Shown one piece after another: positions 40,201 through 55,200 of a stretch of 64,000 bases of DNA. How positions within the stretch are numbered: the stretch's first letter is position 1; the number at the start of each line of letters is the position of its first letter. The notes under the pieces were generated by a model. It was given only the letters and a program-made list of their open reading frames with translations. It did no database searches and had not been told where the DNA came from. The stretch comes from Phoronis australis (Eukaryota > Animalia > Phoronida): positions 62,001-126,000 of the forward strand of contig NMRA01000453.1 in the NCBI GenBank assembly GCA_002633005.1. Direction: 5' to 3'. Both the position numbers and the translations under genes were made by a program.

Positions 40201-43200
40201 CATTGGCGGACGGATCTATTCATGATGACAAGACCGCAACCGACGTTGATTTTCGGACGGGTTTTACTGCTCTGGTGCCCCTCAATGGCAATTTTGTTAC
40301 TTTGCGTCCATAGCTGAATCTTCTTTCCTAACTCTTTGGCAGATGTGTTCTTATGGAGATGGCAACAGATGACGACGAGTTTCAGACGAATCCGACTACA
40401 GCTGTGCCCCCTAGTGTATGGCAACATCATATTTTTACGTTTGCCACTGTTATTTGAGTAACGGGTGATTTCCGTGAAAATTGGAAAATTGGTTTCTATT
40501 AGGGAGACAACAACGCCTTTTCATTGTCGGGCGAATTCGACATATTCTGTGCCACCTACTGGCCATTTTAATTATTTCGAGTCTGTTGTTGGCGTCCGCC
40601 TCTTTATCTGCCAAACTTCTCATAGGATCATTGTCAAACTTAACAGTTGTGTTCCTGATGAGAAGATCATGGCTGATGCTGATTTCAGGATGGATCTGAC
40701 AACTGTGGTGGCCCCTTGTGGTGATTTTTTCGGCCATGGCAATGACTGCCCACGACTTTTTGGACGGCTCTGAGTACCGCTGTACACCCTAGTGACAATT
40801 TCAGTTTCTACGGTTTCTGCCTTGGTGTCTTTAGACTCCCTTAGAGGATTTTCATGAATTTTGGCAAATAGTTTTGTAATATAAAGACGACGCCTTCCCA
40901 ATTTCGGACGGTTTGAAGTATTCTGCGCCATGTAATGGTCATTTTTATGATACTAAAACACCCCTTGCAACACACCGTTTGCGGCGCAGTAGTGGGTACA
41001 TTTCAACGCTATTCCACTTGCAATATAAAGTTACACCGCTATCGTCTTCTATTACTCGGTGGCCAGTCTACATTGAATCGGCAATCAGAAGAGCAAAACA
41101 TTAGATTTAACAATGAAACTTGAGGTATAGCAGAGCAAAACGAATCTGGCACACTCAATGTAATAATAAAAAATAAATTCCGTCGCAACACTACATATAT
41201 GCATAACAAGCTCCCGATATAAATCCCGTCCACAGCAAAACATGACCACGCGTGTCGCTGGACATCCTGATCATGCCCTTATGCGCTTCATCAATGTGAT
41301 TGCCAGTGATAGGCAGTGATGGACTGGGGCTGTAGTTTGTCCGTTTCCCAACGACAGGCACTGTTATGGAGATATTATAATAAATCACATGATGAGGTCA
41401 CCATGAGTCTAATCCCCTCCTCCTGTCATAAATCGTCATCTTTCCATAACCCCTCCCCCTCGAGTTATGGCGTAATATGTGAACGCTCCGTTGGGGGCGA
41501 TGGAGAGCTTTTCAGCAACATTTACTCTCACGTTCTTGCAATGATAAAACGACAGTTTTTCAGCTGAACAATGTGTGAATTCTTAACCACAGCGCTTGAG
41601 ATTTATAAACATTACCGCGCCCATCCTAGTATGTTGAATTGTTTCCGAATAAGTCGGCAACTCAAGTAACTGGCAATTCATACAATATGCGCCACTTTCG
41701 AATTTTAGGGTTAGCCTACCCCAACAAACTCGCCAGCATTTCATTGAGCCGACGATGGTTCCGATGTTCTGGTTGCTAAGAGAAATAGAAATCTTGTGGC
41801 GGTAAGATCAAGTTTATAACACTGAAATGGTGAAATGCTGAATTCGGTTTTCGTTTTTTATCCAGCGAAATGTAGCTTTAAAACATGCGTGGATTAAACT
41901 CTAGAAATGAAATCTTAAGATCAGTACTTTCACTGTCAGAAGTAGAATTATGCAATTCATTTTTGTCTCTAATTACACCAACCCGTACGTTGAATGTTTC
42001 ATGACGTTTTGGTCAGCGACCTCTCCCACCATAATCAAGTGAGCGACGAGCAAAGATGAGCGGTAAATGTACACATATAGCTATTGACGAATATTATTGG
42101 CAATCGATTGCCTGTGAACCGACCACCAAAAACTGTTTACAATGTCCAGTATAGAAGTTGGGTCGAATAACGCAAACAATGGATTCCATAATGCCAGTCC
42201 TCAAGGTGATTCAAAAATTATAATTTTGACTGTTGTACACCCGGCACGACAAGAATCTGAATGGGACTCGGTCTGATTCACTAACCGCCTATCAATTCAT
42301 TAATCTCAAGTCAGGTAACGAAACAAACTTGAACTTGAATTACCGAAAAGATAAGATCGATTTTTGACAGTAAGTGGCCTATATCAAAATGCATTTGTGA
42401 CAAAAGACTTACGCTCGTTTATTGCCACTCTAATTGTGAGATATTGAAAATCAACAAGATCAATGAGGCGAACAACCTACCTCACCGTTATAACTTGACC
42501 CACGTTCAAATCAATGTTGTTGAGCTGGGCAATGAAAATTGCAGCTACTGCCTCATAGAGGGCGGTACCGTCCATGTTGATTGTGGCGCCAATAGGAAGG
42601 ACGAATCTGCTCACTCGTGAGTCAATTACGTTGTTTTTCTCGATGCAACGAAACGTAACAGGAAGAGTCGCAGAGCTGAAAACACGAGTTGTTTAATAGA
42701 CTATCAAAATTTAGCCAAATTCACAGAATAGCGACAGTTGTGCGGGTTAATGTAGCGTAAGTCGCAATCGTTACAAGAACAAGTCTAAAAGCTGCATGAC
42801 ACTAGATTCACTTAAAGACGAATTAAAATGGCGAAATGACTTTTAAAAATGTTAAATATGTGCATTATTGATCAACACAATTGTTTCATCTCTTCGTTTA
42901 CTCCTGGCATTTACTGATTACGCTAACTACTATCGTACGACCCCATCAGGAACCCCACTTAGCGCCGAAAAAAAAATTAGATGGCGCTCGTGCTAATCGA
43001 CGCAAATGACGTCATACCATCTGACGCGCGCAGTGTTAAAAATTACCAGTCTCCGATTTTAGAACTACTCGAAGAAAAAGTTTGATAACGGGAGTATTTG
43101 TTCAAGTTGGAAGGAATAAAAGACATGGCGGCCTCATAAGGTGTCCCTATATGCGCAAAAGGTGCTGATAACAACGTGCCTTTGGATTTTTTAACCAGTG

Positions 43201-46200
43201 GAGACATTCTTTGCCGAAAAGCTTCCTATAGGAGCTTCACCGTCTCTACTGAGCCAGCTAGAGACGGTAGCCACAGTCTTGCGCCCAAACAATGGGACCG
43301 ACCAGTGCCGCAGTGATTTATTTTCGGGTTTGTTGTTAGTGGATAATCAGGACATCTTATATGAAAAATGAATATGTTTTTCCACCGCAGAGTTCGACAA
43401 GTTTACCGTATAGCTGTTGTATGGCGTTTTACATGGGTGCAAATAATTCGAAACTTGGTTCGCCGTGAGTGAATCAATAGCGCCCTAAGACAGATCTACG
43501 CCGCTGTTCAATGTGTTGGGTTCGAGAGGGGCTTTACCTGACACGATTGTTTTGGTTAGTAATCGCGTTATGAATCGACATTAATGCCTAAAGTCGACGA
43601 CGTTTCAGTAATTTGTGACGTTCCTAGAGCAAACTAATTAATTTTGGACTGTGCCGCCAGGCGATCAGCTGTTCACTGTGGTTAGGACGGTAATGTGCTG
43701 GTCAAAATATGACGTCAATACACCAGTTGACTGGGATAAGTCAAGAAAATGAGAGGGATTTCCGATGGGGCACATAATATGCGGGGCATAAAATGTGTAG
43801 TAATTAATTAGTGATTGTGTGAAATATAAAAACGGAAGAAAGACATGTGGCACAAAAGTACACATGTTTAACATATCTAAAGGGCAGTCGGCTCATTTTA
43901 TGCCGACTTTAGTGGCGAAAACGCTGACAGTTTTTCAGTGGCTACAACACTATAGTATTTTGGCAGGCATTCATGTACGTGCTATACGTGTTGTCTGCGA
44001 CGGAGGTGGTCATTTTTAACTGCAGTTGGAGAAAATAGTAATAGTTTTGGCAAGCGTTTCAAGGGCTGTTTTAGAGTAACTCAAAGCGCTAGTGAAGGTG
44101 GCACTCGGTTTATAAGCGTTCACTACTAACAAAAGTGATAAAGAAAACCATCGTTTTCGCTAGCACTTTGACAAAATCGCCAGTCACTTTTGCAAGCGCT
44201 TTGCGGGCGGTCTGAGTTGCTCCAGGCGGTCTGAGTTTGGTGGTTAAGTCGACAGTTTGTTGCAAAGAATACCTAATGTGTAGAACTCCTTTTGGTGTGT
44301 AGAAACCTAACCACCAATGGCGAGATAATTTTACTCAATGCGTTTCACGCTTCAATTATTTCATGAGATGCAACTGTCATAACCTTATAGCTCGTTGCAT
44401 TCTCGGTTCAGGTTACCAACTTCTACCTTTGCTTCTCAGTTGTAAAATTCCAAAGAAAACAAACAAATGATTCTACATACCTAGATGCGGTGCCAAATGC
44501 TGTGACCAGGGCTTCCAGCATTCCGTATATGAATCGGAAAGGATTCTTGCGTACGAAGATCAAATACAGCAGCGGGAGCACAATGAGTCCGTGGATACCC
44601 AAGCCGGCTATTACCGTAGCGGCATACAGTCCGAGCATACGAAAGAGATTAGCTAGGTCGTCCATAGCCAATAGTTTGGCAGCGATCAGAAACATGATCC
44701 CAATGGGTGAATACCTGATGGAGGAGATGTCACTAGTTATATCGATAATGTCAATACCTGCTGCAATAAGGACGAAGTTTTGATTTTGGCCCAGTGTGTA
44801 TGTAGATGGGGCCAAACAGACACTTACGAGAAAGGTACGTCAAGATATATTGATGTCGTACTCTATTTCGCAAGTCACGTGACCACGGTATATTTCGTAT
44901 CTCTACCTGGGAGAAAAACAATTCCCAAGAGTCACTGTGTCAGTAAACCTGTGCCACAGCTGTACTACAAAGGCTGTTCTCAAAAATAATGTTACATAGC
45001 TTAATCATATTTCATTTCTACTCAAGACACGTTCCATTGAACGATGTACTACTTTTTTGCAACAAGTCTTGAGTATACAACAGGTGCAACTAACCAGTTA
45101 CGACTTTTGCTGAAATTTGAAACGAGTATTATGAGACTTGAGGTTCAGAAAAATTCCAATTATCTTTAGTGAAACACAGAATAAGTTATGGAGCAAGTTA
45201 ATATAATCGTCCAAGTTATGACAAACAGTGAAAACAGGCCCCTGCATTTTCCGGTGGACATGGTCACCGTCAATCTTGATTTTAAACTTACCAAATGACG
45301 ACAGCGACCAGCCGAGTGGTAGCCTCATTTAGGCAGTCAAAGAAATCCACAAGAGGCTTGGCTTGCTCTCCCATACTGGAGAGAACCAGGCCAAGGGCAA
45401 CGGAGAAAACCAACAGACCTAGAACGTTCATTCCACTGCTGGTAACGACACGAGAGCCAGTGATGATCACTTCCGGTTTTATCAAAGCTGGAAAATTAAG
45501 CAATAATGAAACGCACTGATAACCTCAGAGTGCAATACTTTAAGATGAAAGGAAGGCGAACATACAATAGCAAATAACAGAAACAACGAAAGTGGACGAA
45601 GAGGAAAATAAAACATGAAAAGCCATCAACCATTTTTCACTGAGGAGCAACACAGCTCTTTGTTTGACTCAGATTTTGTTTTGGATGTGGAATTCATAAA
45701 ACACTCTTCTAAAGTGATATATTGTGCATCTCAAGAGTTGTGTGTTCCTATGTGTATACTTCGGCAAAGCAGAGAGTGCGCCAAATATGCCAAAAGTTTT
45801 CGCGCTTTATTGTGCAATGTATTGCTGAAGCTATTATTTTAAGCACATTTTTACCGAGACCACTTACCGTTAAAATTGGTCTCAAACTGCTCCTTACTCT
45901 GGTTAGAGGTGATTTCTGGGCATGTGAACTACTGGTTCGATATTACTCAAGACTATGAGAAGTAAGGTCCGTTGACCAAACAGGTCATTTTATTCAATGG
46001 GGATGGTCTAAAACAACGACGAAATGTTGGTTCTGCCCAAGCCCTGAAATCTTTTTTACAATGAGCAAGGAAACATTTTGAGACAAATTTTGTAACCCTA
46101 AGTAATCTGAATTTAAAGTTAAATTGTTTGGTTAATAACAACTTAAAGGAGCACACGTTGTTAAAATTCTACGTACGATCTAGAGTGGTCGTTCCGTTGG

Positions 46201-49200
46201 TTGCATTCGTGTTGTTCATCGGCGGGTAGACCAGTTTATAAATCTGTTCAGTTTTTTGCTGAAATAGCAGAGAAAATTAAACTTAATTAGAACTGTGTGC
46301 TTTTCCGTGAACTACCATATCATGTGCATTTCACAATAATGTTTAAAGATTCACATGATAGACGTTACCAATTAGCAACTGGTAACTTTTACCAACATAG
46401 ATATGTTGATTGTTCTCATCCAATTTGCGCTATAGCAGCTACTCGATTCTTGGTTAATTAAAAGTTATCAAACAAAGGTCTCGTTGCTTCTAACAGTCCC
46501 TCCACCGGGAACAGAAGTGGTCAACTTGAAATTATCTCTGGAAGGAAAAGGGCTAGTAGAGCGAAAATTACTGCCATTTTTTCATAAATAAAAATATTCT
46601 TGTTGAATTTCACGCACATATTTCCTCCAGTCTGTTTACGAAAAAAAATCAATCACCGGGTTGCCGATCTGTACAGCACAAAGTTATCAACGACCTAATA
46701 CCATTAGAGAAAAAAGTAGATGATGCAACGAAATGATAATTTAATAATATAATACAAACTATCATTTCGTACAGACGTACATTGTATGCATGCATTATAA
46801 TGTAAAACGTCAGAAAAAGTACTGAAAGTTCCTTCGGTTATGTCCGCCCATTTTCGGACATTTCCCAACTCTATTCGGTTTTGGCAAAATCAAGCTCGAG
46901 TGCTCGTCGTTTGATGAAAATCGATTATTTTTCGATTATAATCAATCACATGTTTGCACACAACTTTATGACAGAGACACGGACGTCGGACGGACGATTT
47001 GGCGGAGAGGCAGAGATGATGGGAATATGCGACAACATGTGAGCGGAGCTCACCTAAACAAGAGAAACGCAGAGCATTGATATGCGCCCATCGTGTGCAT
47101 CGCATATAGTACAGATACGAGGGATCGTCATTATTTTAATCATTCCCACTAAAACTGAAAATAGCATCTAAAGGTGTAAAACAAGTCAACAATACTCTCC
47201 ACAATAGGGCCCACTTGTCCCTTTCATCGTGATTCTTCAATGCAATTTGGAGAACAGAATAAAAATAATAACAAGAGCAACGCGGAGCGTTGAAATGCGC
47301 CCACGAATGGATCGCAAATGGTGTGCTTTTAGGGTTGTTTATTTGTATCATTAAAATGGGCACAAGATGGCATAAAATAAGTCGACTCTGTCTGAAAACC
47401 AAACAAAATGTCACCGTTTCTTTAAAAGAAAGCCATTTAACAAATTAAATTAAAATTCCCCTAGGAACTTCAGAGAAATAGAGGAAAACAAAAAACGAAA
47501 TTGCCACTAGGGGACACAGTGTTCATCGGATCCGTCTAAAAGTCGTCATCTTCTCTTGTTAACTTCATATAAATACGTTCTAAATTTAATAAAGATCCTG
47601 CAGAGGGCTTAGGATACACAGGTATGGGTGCAAAAGAAAAACAACAAAACCGTCACTAGGAGGCGTCACAGTAATCGAAGTCGTCAGAAAATTATCGGCG
47701 ACCGTACCCTTCATAGAAATAACATACATGCCAACTTTCACAATCATCCTTAGAGTGGTTTGGTTGACAGAGGGACGAACGCCACAAAACAGACTCAAAA
47801 ACAACAAAAATGGCCACTAGGTGGTGCAAGAATCTTGAATCAATCTGAAGGTGAATGGCTAGCGTCACCTCATTCGGATGTCTATGTGCCAAATTTTATG
47901 GAAATCCGTTGAGTGCCTTTGAAGATACAGTGATAAACGTAAAAAACTAAAATTGCCACTAGGGGGCACACCGGTAGACCCATCTGTCCGAAAATCGTCG
48001 TCGCCTGTTGTCAACTTTATATAAATGCATTTGCTAAATTTAATAAAGATCCTGTAAAGCGTTTAGGAGATACAGCCATGGGCGCAAAAACAAACAAAAC
48101 TGCCACTAGGAGGCGCCACAGTAGTCGAAGTCATCGGAAAATCATCTGTGTTCTTCATAGTAAGACCATACATGCCAATTTTTACAATCATCCTTAGAGT
48201 GGTTTGGTTGTTAGAGGAGCGGACGCCAAAAACGACCCGAAAATAGTAAAAATGGCCACTAGATGGCGCAAAATGCATTGAAGCAATCCATAAACGGGAG
48301 GATAATGTCAACTCATTATTAGATGTCTATGTACCAAATTTCATGAAAATCGGTTGAAGACCTTTGAAGATACAAAGGCAAACGTAAAACATTAAAATTG
48401 ATACTAGAGGGCACAGCGGTATTCGGGTCGGTCCGAAACTCGTTGCCCTCTGTCGTAGACCGCATAGAAACACACCTGCCAAATTTCAATACGATCCTGT
48501 AAGGGGTTTAGGAGATACAGCCGCGGACGCCGGACGCCCAGACAGAGATGACGGCAATATGCGACCACATATAAATATGTGGGCGCATAAAAATGCCACT
48601 AAGGGAATCAACGTAGGTCAAATCTGTCTAAAATAGGAACGTGATGTCGTCTGTGTGATAGTATTTTATTTTACAGATTTAATGAACATCCAATAAAGAA
48701 CATTGCAGATATCAAGGCAAACGCAAACAATCACCACTGCAGGACTACAGGCTAGTCGGATTTGTCCCAAAATCCATGTCAGTTGCAGTCTTCTTAATAA
48801 CGAAAACAATTTCCAGTTAAGCAACACTTGATAAAAGCTACTCACAGGAAACTAACACATGAAAAATTTCGAAGCAATTGGTTCTACAATGCACCCTCTA
48901 CAGGACAAAATGTTTTCGTCCTGAAATTAAGGTGCCCAAACGTAATGGCTTATATTTCTGCCATCTTTAACCGGAAGTTCATGATTTACTGCACATCTGT
49001 AGTACACGTCTGCTATAATAATCGTACAGATTTTACGCCGTGTACGTCAAAAATTGCGGCCTCTATGAGCATTAGAATCCGAATTCGAAAACAAAATGGC
49101 CGTCACGTCCGCCATCTTGAATTTGATCATGACCAAAAACAATAGGCTTAGAGCTATTTACAAGCAAGAAGTTGTGTTTGAATTTCGTGCGAATCGGACG

Positions 49201-52200
49201 AAAAATGCGAACTGTAGACAACGAACAAAAAACAAACAAAAAATATGTCAGAACAACATACTTGGCGAAAAATTTTCGCCTAGAAATTATCACTAGAAGA
49301 GAGCATAGCAGGCGCTCGGACCCGTCGAATATAATCGTTAGCCGTGCTCTTCTAAATAGGAACACATATGTCGATTTTAAAAATGATCCTTAATGCGGTC
49401 TGGCAGATAGGGAAGAGGACGCCACAAACCAAACTTGATAATAATAATAAAATGGCAGGTATTTGACGACGACCTAAGGGACGGACGTCCGGACGGGGAT
49501 TGCGACGTATGTGGCCACATAAAAAAGAATGCAAACCTAACATTTCCAAATAAAACCGTTAAATTCACCATATTTGCGAAAATCTGAGAGACCAACCTTG
49601 TGAAATGCGCTTCACATGAACTGGCAGTGAGGAGAGTAATCATTGTCAAGTGTATGGCAATACATTGTCACTTACCTGGGTTGTAGTGGCCTTACCTTTT
49701 GAAAGCACGCTGCAACAAGGTTGTCCGGAAACATCAACCTGCAAAGACAGTTGTAGTTGGTATTAAATACAATCTTGTTATGTAACAAAACGCTCTTCAA
49801 GATATGTAGACTATCAAACGGTGTCCTAAAATAAGTTTGGTCTACTTCGCATGTTACGTTGTAGGTAATTTGCAAAGAAAATTTAAACACAAATACAGCC
49901 ATGAGCTAGGTAAATGATCACCTGATCAAATCCAAAATAGAATCCGCTACCGAATTGATGGACTGTTTATTTCCTTTCTCGATTTGGTGTATGTCGTCTC
50001 TCTTTCCAGGTTGTATGGACAGAACCAGAATAATTCCCAGAATGACCGCCAGGAGTGTTGTGGTCAAGTAGTAAAGCACCGCCACACCGCCCATCCGGCC
50101 TGAGGTGTTACCTAATGCAGCCACACCAGATATCATGCTGGAGATGATGAGAGGTAATATCAGCATTTTAAGCATCCTCAGCAACAAGTCTCCAGGGAAA
50201 CCGAGGTAGGAGATCTAAAGAGAAAATGGATAATTGTACAATTTACACATTTATATTCATTAGCCATTTAACACAAAAATAAACCTGTCACGGATTACGC
50301 CTACAGAATTGTCGATTTCACGATTCACGGCCGCATTATTTCAAGTTTCATGGATCACGATTAATTTTCGTTTCTCTCCTGGTCGCCCCTCCAATGCACC
50401 TCCAACACTCGGACAAATCGCGACCAATTGTGCCCCCAACCACCCCACTCCCGCCAATTGTCTCTTCCCACTGAGAAATACAATCGCCGGTTTACTGACT
50501 ACCCTGTACTGTAGTGCTTTCGGTGATGTATTGCTATACCATACCCCTGTCACCCGGATCTCAATCTCCGTTCACTTTCATTCGAACTAAGTTCACAGTT
50601 CACGATAGACAATGCAACCTTTTCTGAACTTAAGAGGCCATGACCACCCCACATGCCCTCCACACGCTGAAAGCTTTTCAGCAAATTATGCATCACACTG
50701 GAGGCCGTCGATGTCCTTTATCCTTCCAACTCGAACAAACACTCCTGTAATTTTGTCCAGGCCCACGAGAAGCGTTCTTGGCAGCCAAATTCCAACTATT
50801 TGCAATGCTGGCAGACCACCAGTGCAGCGCAGTGGCGATAGGCAAACTCCCGCGGTCACGGAGGTAGATCTCGATGTGATTAAAAGATTTACATGCGATA
50901 GACACGCGCAGAGATGCAATCACAGCAAAAATGGCGAGTCCACGATTTTGTTGACGAATGAAGTTCGATGCTTTAAAGAAATCTTAATTACCGAAGTATG
51001 TGTTTGAGTTGGAAGGATTTAAAGACATCGACAGGCTCCAGACATGCCACTCTATTTTCGAGTGATACTAAGGTAAAGCGACGTGACAGTGATGGTTTAG
51101 CCAGGGTGTAGCAAATTTTGCAGAAAATCGTCTGGCATACATGTCACATTTAGGATATGCAACCGCACAGGTTCATGACAACCCTAAAATACAGAAATGC
51201 GCTCACGGTGCATAACCTGCAAATCACGGTTCACGGATACGAAAAACGCCAGCTTCACGTTCTGGATGGTGATCGGCCACGTCAGTTTTACCTCAAACAG
51301 TCCCAGAACATTTTGCAAAGTGCTGGAAGAATTCTGAAATTCTGATTTAACTATTATTCGAAATGTGCCACAATCAAGTCCCGCGGTGCTGTAGTTGCAA
51401 TTAGAGGTTCCGTTGCATCTGGATTCAGTGGAAAACGACCGGCTCTAATTTGTGTCTTAATGAAACTGTTTTCAAAAACAGTGTCATTGACGTTTCGGGC
51501 TCTGAGGCCGCCAGTGGTCTAACTGCAAGTCCTTCCTCAGCAAGTCATCCACCGAAGTAGTAAAATCTTAACGTTATCCCAAAAACTGGATGCCAGGGGT
51601 GTTTTATGTTCATGCCCGAACGGGACTGGATTTCAGTGCCCGCTCCCCGAACATTTGCCCGACGCACAAACTCACCCTAAACTGCACTTATAACAAAAAG
51701 ATTGGAAGAAAAATGTCATGACACAACAGAAGTTTTCCTTTAACCAAAATTGTCGAAGGTTGTAGAAACTGATATATTATCGATTTGTTGTGATACAAAC
51801 CGTGATGCTCAGACTAATTATGTCAGTTTTATTCTTGGAAAATAGGAAAAAATCACTGTCATTAATCGTTTGAAAATGAGTTTTTATTTTTATCCGAATT
51901 TGCAGCGATTTTTAGAAGAGCTTTTGTCATTTTTGAAAACTTCTGTTGCATTAGACATTATTAAAATGTGCAAAGCGAAGTAAACTGTTTCCTTAATTCA
52001 TTGGAAAAGTATAGCTTTGAGGGAGAATGCTTCATGGATTATGCTTCAAAATTCAGAAGTTCCACATTTGTATCCTTGGCTGTTCATTTATAAGAAAGTA
52101 GTATCTTTTCAAGGATTTGGGAGATTGCTTTTATTAAACAGAGCAATTTACTTGATAACATACAACACAAATAATTACGTAGAAGAAATAAATACATCCA

Positions 52201-55200
52201 TCAAAAGAAACGCGGAGCGTTGATATGCGCCAACCGTGTGCATCGCATATGGTGCTGATACAAGGGATTATTGCTATTTTAAAATTCCCATTAAATGGAG
52301 CAATGCTAGAAAACAAAATAGCCGCTAGAGGATGCATAGCAAGTCAGCAATGCTCCTCTCAGTTGGAACACACCTGCCAAGACCGTAAAAAATTAAAACT
52401 GGATCTGGGGGTGCAGTGGTTGTCAGATACGTCCAAAAGTCATCATCTGTTGTCACGTTCAAAGAAATACATTTGTCAAAATTCACAAAGATCCTGCAGG
52501 AAGAAACAGTTGCGGATGCTAAAAAGCAAACTGCTACTAGGGGACGCTACAGTTGTCAAACTGTCGAAAAATCGTCATCCATGCTCTTCCCAGTAGAAAA
52601 ACATTTACCAAATTTTCATAACGATTCTAAGAGTGGTTTGGCCGACAGAAAGATGGACGCCTAGAACAGATTCAAACATGAAAACGACCACTAGGAGGCG
52701 TACACTACGTCATATCCATCTCAAAACGAAAATATGTCGACGCCTTATTAATAGGAATCTGTTTGCTAATTTTCATAAAAACCCATCAAGGAACTCTAAA
52801 GATACAAAGGAAAGCGAAAAATATATTGCCACTAGGGGACATAGTAGCATTAGATACGTCCGAACGTCGTCGTCATCCGTTGTCACCTTCATACAAATAC
52901 ACGTGCCAAATTCAACAAAGATTCTGCCGAGGGTTTAAGAGAAACAGCTACAGACGTAGAGAAAGCAAAACTGCCAATAGCAGGCAACACAGTATTCGGC
53001 ACAGTCCGAAAATCACCGTAAGCTGTACTCTTCCCAATAGTAACTTATATGCCAATTTTCATTATCCTAAGAGTGGTTTGGCCGATAGAGAAGCGGACGC
53101 CAAAAACAGACTCAAAAATAATGAAAACGACCACTAGGTGGCGTGCACTACGTCAAGTCCATCTGAAAACGGTAAGGTGTCATTGTCTCTTTGATAGAAA
53201 TTTATTTGCCATATTTCATGAAAATCCGTCCAGGAACTCCAACTATACAGAAGGAAACGAAAAAATACTTTGCCACTAGGGGGCACAGCAGTAGTTGAAT
53301 CCTTCTAAAAGTCGTGGTCACTTGTCTCTTTCATATAAATACACTTGCCGAATTTAAAGAAGATCCCGCGGAGGATTTTGGAGATACAGGCACAGACGTA
53401 AAAACAAAACAAAACTGCCACCAGGAGGAGCCCCTGTCCGAAAATCATCGTCAGTCGGTAGGAACACATATGTCAATTTCCATAATCATTCTTACAATGT
53501 TTGGCCTATAGAGGGGCGGACGTCAATAGACCCGAAAACAGTAAAAATGACCTCAAGGTGACGCAAAATTGGTCGAACCCATTCGAAAACTTGAAGTTGG
53601 TGTTATCATTCTAACAGATACGTATTTGCCAAATTCCACGAAAATCCGTTAAGAAACTCCAAAGATACAGAGGCAAACGTAAAAGTCTAAAATTGCCACT
53701 CGGGGGCCAACCGATACTCGGATCCGTCCACCAATTCGCCCATGTCGTCCCATCCATAAAAGGAACACATCTGCAAAATTTTATGAACATGCATAAAGGG
53801 GTTTTGGAGATACAGCAGCGGACGCCAGACGGACAGAGATGACGGCATAATGCGCCTACATATGAACTGCTGTATTTGTTCCAGTTCTAAAGTTCGCAAT
53901 TTTGACGTGAACTCATTATATGACTCTGCATTATTGTCTACTGTACCTGACCTCGGCACAGGCTAAGTTGACTGGCTTTTCTCAAAACCATTCCTTCAAA
54001 TTAGCGTCCTGAAGAACGGGATCTTGAGAGCCGTTGGTAAAGAGACATGGAATCCTAGCATTGCCGGAAGAATTCTTTCTTGTATTTTTTATTTTCATAC
54101 TCTCACGGGTGACTGAGAAACGACATGACCACCGGATACAAAACATGACTCACCACAAAATAGGACCTTGTGAGGGTACCAAAAGCGACCGCCGGACTAG
54201 ATAATGGGACCGACAAACCTAAAAACATGACAGCCCCACCACAAAACAGGTCCGCCGGAGAATGAACATGACAGCCTGACAAAATGTTGTCGTTGGCTAT
54301 GTGTGATAGTGATCATTATGACACTTTACCGAGAACCAGTTATCCTCGAACGCGTGTTTTGACTTTACTATTGGAGAAATTAGGTTATTATTTTGTTCTA
54401 AAACTAACGCAGTAGATAAAATTATAATTATTTAGCTCCAAAGTGCGCACCATGGTTGCTTTTGGATTAGATTTTAATAATTTTCCTCGTGAACTTTTAT
54501 CACTTTTACCATGTTCGTTGTTCATATCGTCTGAACAGCTGAATGCTATCTGATGGAGGCTGCCAGCAGTGGAAACAAAAGACCTTCCTCGTTTTCACCA
54601 ATTTCGTCACTAGTTCGACACGTTCCAGTGAAGTTTCGGTCGTCAGTCCTTCATCAAAGCGGACTCTATTTGTTGGACGGTCGAACCAATTTTTTTCGTT
54701 TTGAGAAAATAATCCAATATCATGGGAAAGATGATGTATCCTACTCAATAAAAATAGATCAAAATTTTGTGGCGGAATTTGAGTCACTTGTTTGGATCTG
54801 GTCGGCCACCTTGGACGACAGTGACATAAGTTACGAGTTTAAAACTGTTAATAAATTATTTTCACCAATAATTTACGGTGACATTTACTATCCTGTGCCA
54901 TTCAACAGTTTTCACCACATTTCAGCCATTCAGATGTTACTTATTGAGTGATTAAAGTGCTCACAATTCCCGATGGACTTGGTTACTTTGTAATCGGTGA
55001 AGATTTAACTTTGATGAATTTTCAAATTTTTGTCCTAAAAAATAAGGAATATTTTAATTATTGTACTGTGAACTTTCCATTCAGTTGACCTCACACTCTG
55101 CTAAAAATAGTTGAAATAGTTTTGAAATTGTTTTATATTTGGAAGTCAACTGCTTTTCAAGTTCTGATTATGTGTCACAATAGGATTCACATTCTTCTAA

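Noticed and set aside
42142-42210. Possible plus-strand mini-exon [21 protein letters not shown] with GT donor (nested antisense gene)
   Set aside because: No recognisable homology and no further compatible exons found.
52225-53959. Many 60-130 aa ORFs in HINE arrays and other repeats
   Set aside because: No domain signatures, not conserved in frame between repeat copies, and consistent with chance ORFs.
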